Part shown: positions 56,831-64,000 of the stretch, piece after piece
How positions within the stretch are numbered: the stretch's first letter is position 1
How the letters are laid out: every line of letters starts with the position of its first letter
Assembly (NCBI GenBank): GCA_951406725.2
Contig: OX597818.1
Span: 82,460,001 to 82,524,000, forward strand
From: Octopus vulgaris
Taxonomy: Eukaryota
Length of the DNA stretch: 64,000 nt
Direction of reading: 5' to 3'
Notes under the pieces: model-generated
What the model was told of the DNA's origin: nothing
What the model saw: only the letters and a program-made list of their open reading frames with translations
Databases searched by the model: none
Position numbers and translations under genes: made by a program

Positions 56831-57606
56831 AAGTACACATGGTGAAAGGCGGAAGTTTACGATAACAAGAGCAAAGTAGGTTTTTAAAGCCAAAAGAGTG
56901 GAGACAGGGTTGGTAACGCAACGGATGTGTGTGTATGTGTGAGTGTGTGCGTGTGCGTGTGTGTATGTGTGTGTGAGGCGAGATAAAAAAACAAAAAATA
57001 TATGTATATGTTAGTGTGTGCGTCTGTGTGTAGGCGTGTGAGGTAGGGCGAACAGTAGTAGGCAGCAGACAGTGGTCAGTAGTAAGAAAATGAAGGAAGG
57101 AGGAAGGGAGGGAGGGGAAGGGGTGGGGGCGTATGTAACGTGCCAGCGTGTGTGTTGAGTAGTAGTGTGTGTGTGTCCAGTGTCGTAGTTGTATTAATGG
57201 CGAGTAGATTTGAAGTGTGTGTAAGAGTAAAGTATATATTTAAGCAATGTGTGTGTGTGAGTGGGTGTATGTATGTGTGCGCGTGTGTGTAACAAAAAGG
57301 GGGGGGGGGTTATAAGGAAAAAGGACTCCAGCTGGGGGGAAGATGGAAGAGTGGTCCCGCGGAGACGGGCGTGGGAGAACCCAACGACAGGCGCTTTTTT
57401 TAAAATACAAATAGGTACGCGTATGTATAATTTTGAGGAAGATTTGGCTGCTATTTTTTGAAGGGTGAGCGAGAGATATAGAGGCTCTCTCCTTTGCTAC
57501 GGCAGTAGCGGTGAATTATGATGGTCATATCTTTCTCTGGATACGCACACACACAGAGTCTAAATCTATCTGTGCCTTTAAAGCAGATAAGAGTTCCCGA
57601 GGGCAG

Positions 57607-57654
<48 letters not shown>

Positions 57655-58146
57655 GTATGTAGTAAGTTGAAAAATGTACAAACACAAAAAACACAACACT
57701 GTGAGGATGTGGTACATGTAATGTATTAGCAGACGCTCAGGGAAGGAAAGAAAGATGGTTTAACTTTTCGAGCAGACACTCTTCTTCTGAAACAGAGGAA
57801 AGTCCAACAGAAGGGAAAACTGAGGTTTTGGATTTTAGCTATTCCTTCTAGCGTACCAGGTATTTTATGATGGTTACCTCTTATGTGTTTAGATGTACAC
57901 TGTATTTATATGAATAACATATAGTATATTGACTAATTTTTCTACACGTTAAGCTACTGGTGGTAAAAATTTCAAAATTTTTTCTTACCCTATTATTATA
58001 TATATATATATATATATATATATCAGCAAGTAGTGGGATACGTCAAATATATTAAATTATATATTAAGTGCATTGAAGTCTAAGTTTGAATCTTTTGACC
58101 TCTGCTAAGTGCCTCATATTCAGAGAACATATGGATGTCATCTTTG

Positions 58147-58236
<90 letters not shown>

Positions 58237-59119
58237 CCTCTCCCTCCGTTCTGAAAAGAGCTGTCACATAATATAAAGAGCAGTGAAAGTGGCCCCCTCC
58301 TCTCTAGGTACAAGATCTGAACGTACACATAATAATCCTTTCTACATTCTTGTATAGACACGAGGCCTATAATTTTGTGGGAAAAATATCTAGTTGATTA
58401 CGGTACTTATTTCATCCATCTCGAAAAGATAAAATGCGAAGTCGACTTCGGCAGTTTCTTATCTCAAATCATGACGGAATTACGCTCAGATTTTTGTCCT
58501 GCGTGTGCGAATTCGCTGCGTGGGTGAGCTCATAAATCATCGTTTCCAATTTTGGCACAAGGTCAGGAATTTCAGAAGTGGGAGAAAGTCAATTACATCG
58601 ACCCCAGTGTATAACTGGTATTTATTTTATTTTATAGACGGATTTTGAACTCAGAAAGAAGAGACGGACGAAATAGCGCAAAACATTTTGTCCAAAATTT
58701 CCTAGACTAGCTCTGTGTAACCATTCTGCAAGCTCTCCACCTTGACGAGAACATAGATAATAAGAGAAAACTTAAACGGACATGAAATTAGTCTTCCTTC
58801 ATTTCATCAGTTATATACGTTTCTGTATTCGGAAATGTATGATGTCGCAGTATAAATAGAACTTATAAATACAGAATACATAGTTCTAGCGAACAGGTTC
58901 GGTTGACAAGTGGTGGACGGACAAACGAAAATACACACACATATACGCACGGACGCATCTCGCGACACACACATAATACATACATACATATAGTTTATAA
59001 ATGAAAGAGATATTTTCCGTATAGATTACACTTCGTCGTGCTCAATAGATTTAAACTAGTGCGGGTAGTGGAGAAAACCTGAGTACAAGCAAGTGAGGCA
59101 AGTCGATATACAAAAAAAA

Positions 59120-59706
59120 ATATTCTTTTCTAATATAGGCACAAGGGCCAAAATTTTGGGGACAGGGACCAGTCGACATTATCGACCCCAGTAAGCAACT
59201 GGTACATAATTTATCGACCCCGAAAGGATGAAAGGCAAGGCCGACCTCGGCCGCATTTAAAATCAGAACTTAAAAACAGACGAAATACCTATTTCTTTAC
59301 AACACACAAGGGGCTAAACATAGAGAGGACAAACAAAGACAGACAAATGGATTAAGTCGATTATATCGAGCCAATGCGTAACTGGTACTTATTTAATCGA
59401 CCCCAAAAGGATGAAAGGCAAGTCGACCTCGGCGGAATTTGAACTTAGAACGTAGCGGCAGACGAAATACCTATTTCTTTACTACCCACAAGGGGCTAAA
59501 CACAGAGAGGACAAAAAATGACAGACAAAAGGGAATTAAGTCGATTGCATCGACACCAGAGCGTAACTGGTACTTATTTAATCGACCCCGAAAAGATGAA
59601 AGGTAAAGTCGACCTCGGCGGAATTTGAACTCAGAACGTAGCGGCAGACGAAATACCGTTAAGCATTTCGCCCGGCGTGCTAACGTTTCTGCCAGCTCGC
59701 CGCCTT
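59120..59706 (-). mobile_element. Multimeric SINE family B array (~182-bp period)
   Basis: Three cores atcgacccc(g)aaaggatgaaagg. Tail block tatttctttac...ggggctaaac starts at 59290 and 59472. One head at 59655-59706. Confidence 0.88.
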
Positions 59707-59884
59707 GATATTAAAAAAATATTAAATACAATTATGGAATCAATTTACAATCATAATTTGGACCACGAAGCCTCCAGAAACTGTTATTTGACACATAAAA
59801 TTCTCATTCAACCCCTTTAATTCCTGATATCATTTCTATTCTGTGTAAGTCGTACCTTTTACATGTAAGTATATGTTCGTTGTT

Positions 59885-60182
59885 TTTTCCTTCTCGAGCA
59901 ACGCCTAGCCCATAAAGGCCGGTTTTCCAGTTTCCTTGGTGTATAGGTTCCCCATCTAGATGGGACGCTGGTGCGTCGCAGGTGAGTTGCAAGATGCAGG
60001 AGAAAAGAGTGAGAGAAAGTTGTGGCAAAAAAAGTCAGTAGAAATTCGCTATTATCTTCTGCCGGAGCCGAGCGGAGCTTAGGTGTTTCGCTCATAAACA
60101 CACACATCACCCGGTCTGAGATTCGAACCCACTATCTCTCGACCGCGAGTCCGTTGCTCTAAACACTAGGCCATGTACCTCC
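59885..60182 (-). mobile_element. tRNA-derived SINE (family C head, different tail)
   Basis: Reverse complement ggaggtacatggcctagtgtttagagcaacggactcgcggtcg...ggttcgaatctc...gagcgaaacacctaag. Confidence 0.75.
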
Positions 60183-60310
60183 ACAAGAACATGTACATCT
60201 TTTGCATTGAACGTATATAATGTTTTGTATATCGACTTGACTAACTTGCTTGTACTTACATTTAATCGTCTACATACACACACACAAAAAAAAACACAGA
60301 CACATAAATA

Positions 60311-60404
<94 letters not shown>

Positions 60405-60411
60405 CATACAC

Positions 60412-60462
<51 letters not shown>

Positions 60463-61369
60463 TCACACAGTTCCCATCAACCAAATCCTCTCATAAGGTA
60501 ATAGTCCCACACGATCTGTAGTGGAAGTCACTTGCCCCAGTTGCTCTGAAGAGTGATCGAAACCTAAACGCGTGGTTGCAAAGTCAGCTTCTGAACCACA
60601 TACACATGTCTGCGCTTGCAAAGGATCTAGTCAGATACTTCACAGTTCTTGTCAATCATCTTACACTATCATGAAATAATAGGTCCTAATATAGCCACAA
60701 ATGTATATATACATATTGAAGCACCGAACGTATACGTATGTGCACATTGTGCCAAGGAACGAAACAATCAATCAATGCAATCAAATGTTACTTTAATTCT
60801 ATCGATCCAATAAGGATGAAAGAGAAATCAACTTCGGTCGAGATTTGAACTTGCAACCCAAAGGAATATAAGTAAATACAGCAAGATATTTTCCCATCGA
60901 TCTTTTACAGTCATTTTTACCCTGCCCCTCTCACCATCCACCATCAATAACGGAAATAATAACGATATTTAAAAACCACTAGAAGAGGCAAACAACATTC
61001 CATTAGTTAGAACCATCCATCAATCCATACGAACCCACCCCATCCATCTAGCCAGCCATCTCCCTCACCACATAAGTATCACCTCCCAACTCCCTTACAC
61101 CAACCTGTCTTGCATTCAACAATAAATATATATCTTACATCACTTTTCTACATACCTCGTTCTCCACCCTACAAATGTTTCTCTCTGCTTCTAAAATTTA
61201 TGTATGTATATATTTCAATTGTTTCATTTTATTTAATTCTAACTTCAAACGCTAATGATAGCTTACAGCTAGAAGCTATTAAATAAATAACTTATACACC
61301 AATCTCTTTTGTCTGTGTTCTTTAACAAAATAATACACACATACATATATATATACATACATACATACA

Positions 61370-61458
<89 letters not shown>

Positions 61459-61583
61459 GCTTACATATGTATTTATATGTATATAGATTGCATACACATG
61501 CCGTATAAAAGTGTATAAGAATATATCCGAATGATATTATATATATCAATATGTATGTTCCTGTAGACGAGATATGACTATAA

Positions 61584-61712
<129 letters not shown>

Positions 61713-61762
61713 GTATATATGTATGTATGTATATATATATATATGTATGTATATATACATAT

Positions 61763-61797
<35 letters not shown>

Positions 61798-63063
61798 AGT
61801 ATACATAATCACAAATTTATACACACAGACACACATAAATATATTCATACATATACGAATAAAACTATTACATGCGTGTGGGGTGCGTGTATATATGTGT
61901 GCATGCATTCTTATTTAAAAAATTCTGCATATTCCGTCATGTGGCTATGTAAACGTGTGTAGAAATGTGTATAACATGTACAGTGTTTATACAGTGTGTA
62001 CAAGAAATATCATTCTTTCATATATGAACCAATACTTCATTGATTTTTCTAATTTTGTCACTTCATTTCGCAGTCAGGAATGAGTTTCGTGGTATACAGT
62101 GGGGAAGGGCTGGGAATCAGGTACAGTTGAAGGGAGTGGTCGCTACGAATATATACGTGTGTGTGTGTTTGTGTGTGAATGTATATATATATACATTCAC
62201 AAATCCAATAAATTACTGGGCAAAAAGAACCTTTGATTTCTTTGTGGGGCTCAAAGTGAGCTCTGTCTTTTAGGTAAGTGATGTCTATTGAATAGATTCT
62301 TAAAACTGGGTGTAGTTATACAGTGAATATATTTCTTGTAGTATATATATAAATTTTGTTCATTCGATTAGATATTTCAATGTGAATGTATACACACACA
62401 CACATACACGTACACACTGATAAGCACATGCATATATATGTATGTATATACCATAGGTATACATGTATTTTAGTGTACATGTGTATTTCTATATATGTAT
62501 ACATATATATACACATACATCTGTATATAAATATATATATATATATACATATATGCATAAATATACCATATATTACACACATATATATATATATATATCT
62601 GCATTTCAAATATATTTAGGCATATAATATATATCTATGTATACACACACATACACTCACACAAACAACACACACTCAGATACACACATATCTGGGCGTG
62701 TCTTGAAATATGTGTACTCTCGTGTGGTCTAGTATTGCACATGATGTGCTCTAGTTTTAGGTTGTTAGTATCACAATCTTAAGATCGTGTTTCGATCCCA
62801 CACCGGGCAGTGCTTGGAGTTTCTTAGCAAGTAAACACGTCGTTTCACATTTCTCCAATCCTTTCAGCTATAAATGCATTTCAGCAATAACTGGGGAGTC
62901 AACTCCGCAATAAGACAAATTTCGATTCCAGTGGGGATTATTCTTGTGACTTATACACCATGTGTACGCTGTAATGTTAACAGACCTCGGGCTCATCACA
63001 GATGTTTATCTTGTAGATGCAATAGTACATAGACACGTAAATATCTAATCAGACATATATGTA

Positions 63064-63700
63064 CGAGGTGGTATCAAAATATTCCCGGACTAGCTCTGTG
63101 GCGACCGGATCTGTGAAGCGCGAAGAATAGGATTCTTCACCGTATTCTCCTCACTCGTGAATTTCTCACCAACCACAATCCGTATTGCTTTCGCACTAAC
63201 CTTATTCACCAGGTCTAACCCCTGCGGACTTCCATCTCTTTCCCACGATGAAAATGCGGCTCAAAGGTCGCTGTTTTAACGCCGTTTTAGAGATCGGAAC
63301 AAATTGCTGAAGGTCTTCGACTCGCTTACGGAAAACGACTTCCAACCAACATTACAAAAGTGGCAGGAACTTTTGTGGATTGTTGCGCAATGGGACTATT
63401 TCAAAAGAGATGATGCTAAAACTTAGGTAAATAAGTTATTTTCTTATTTCTTTACTACCCACAAGGGGCTAAACACAGAGAGGACAAACAAGGACTGACA
63501 AACGGATTAAGTCGATTATATCGACCCCAATGCGTAATTGGTTCTTAATTTATCGACCCCGAAAGGATGAAAGGCAAAGTCGAGCTCGGCGGTATTTGAA
63601 CTCAGAACGTAGCGGTAGACGAAATACGGCTATACATTTCGCCCGGTGTGCTAACGACTCTGCCAGCTCGCCCGCAGAATAAGTTACTTTCTATTAAACA
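63064..63700 (+). mobile_element. Internally deleted mariner relic with a SINE B insertion at 63446-63675
   Basis: TA-CGAGGTGGTATCAAAA start; PYSPGLTPADFHLFPTMKMRLKG. The SINE is flanked by aataagtta(t/c)ttt duplication (63430-63442, 63678-63690). Confidence 0.8.
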
Positions 63701-64000
63701 CTAGCAAACGCACCCGTCTTTTGGATGGTTTAAGTTGCTTTGGTGGTATTTTATTCAACAAATAATTGAACTCTCGATAAGGTTTATGAGTCGCACGGCA
63801 ATCTATGTTTCCGATCAACCCAAGAAAGTTGAAGGCAAGTCATTGTGGAGGGCATTGCACTTTAATGATCATAGAACATACAAGTTTGCAAGCGATGCAA
63901 AATAAAGCGACTGAAGTGTTTTGGGAGTAGATTACGGTAATGACTACAAAATATAGTTGTTTTACATGAAAGTGAAATTTCTTATCAGAAACAGCCACAT

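Noticed and set aside
63700-64000. Helitron/Helentron-like 5' end (actagc...acccgtc)
   Set aside because: Too short and degenerate, and the other end is not visible in the window.

Overview
Eukaryotic, repeat-dominated 64 kb window. It looks like a cephalopod (Octopus-type) genome, inferred from the 5S rRNA sequence, the SINE families and the extreme (TA)n/(TACA)n/(TAGA)n/(ATT)n content. Almost every ORF in the supplied track is a translated microsatellite. DNA transposons: a full-length DD34D mariner with TIRs and TA duplication plus a second copy of the same family, other mariner/Tc1 relics, and a Helentron-type non-autonomous element. Non-LTR retroelements: R4/Dong-like restriction-like-endonuclease (RLE) elements stacked in (TAA)n and (TACA)n arrays, a decayed L1/Tx1-like element, Penelope-like (PLE) RT and GIY-YIG fragments, and many tRNA-derived SINEs. 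There is one solitary 5S rRNA copy, directly joined to a SINE. Most worth following up: (i) about 8-10 minimal hammerhead-ribozyme motifs in short PLE-type elements sitting in (TA)n, several with non-canonical cores; (ii) a foldback cluster at 40.3-41.4 kb with a 37-bp templated insertion; (iii) the LINE-(TAA)n-5S-SINE chimera; (iv) two diverged, collinear ~250-bp modules rich in TF-site-like motifs; (v) a phase-compatible chain of minus-strand candidate exons with faint dual-specificity-phosphatase resemblance (low confidence). All calls were made by eye, with no database searches.
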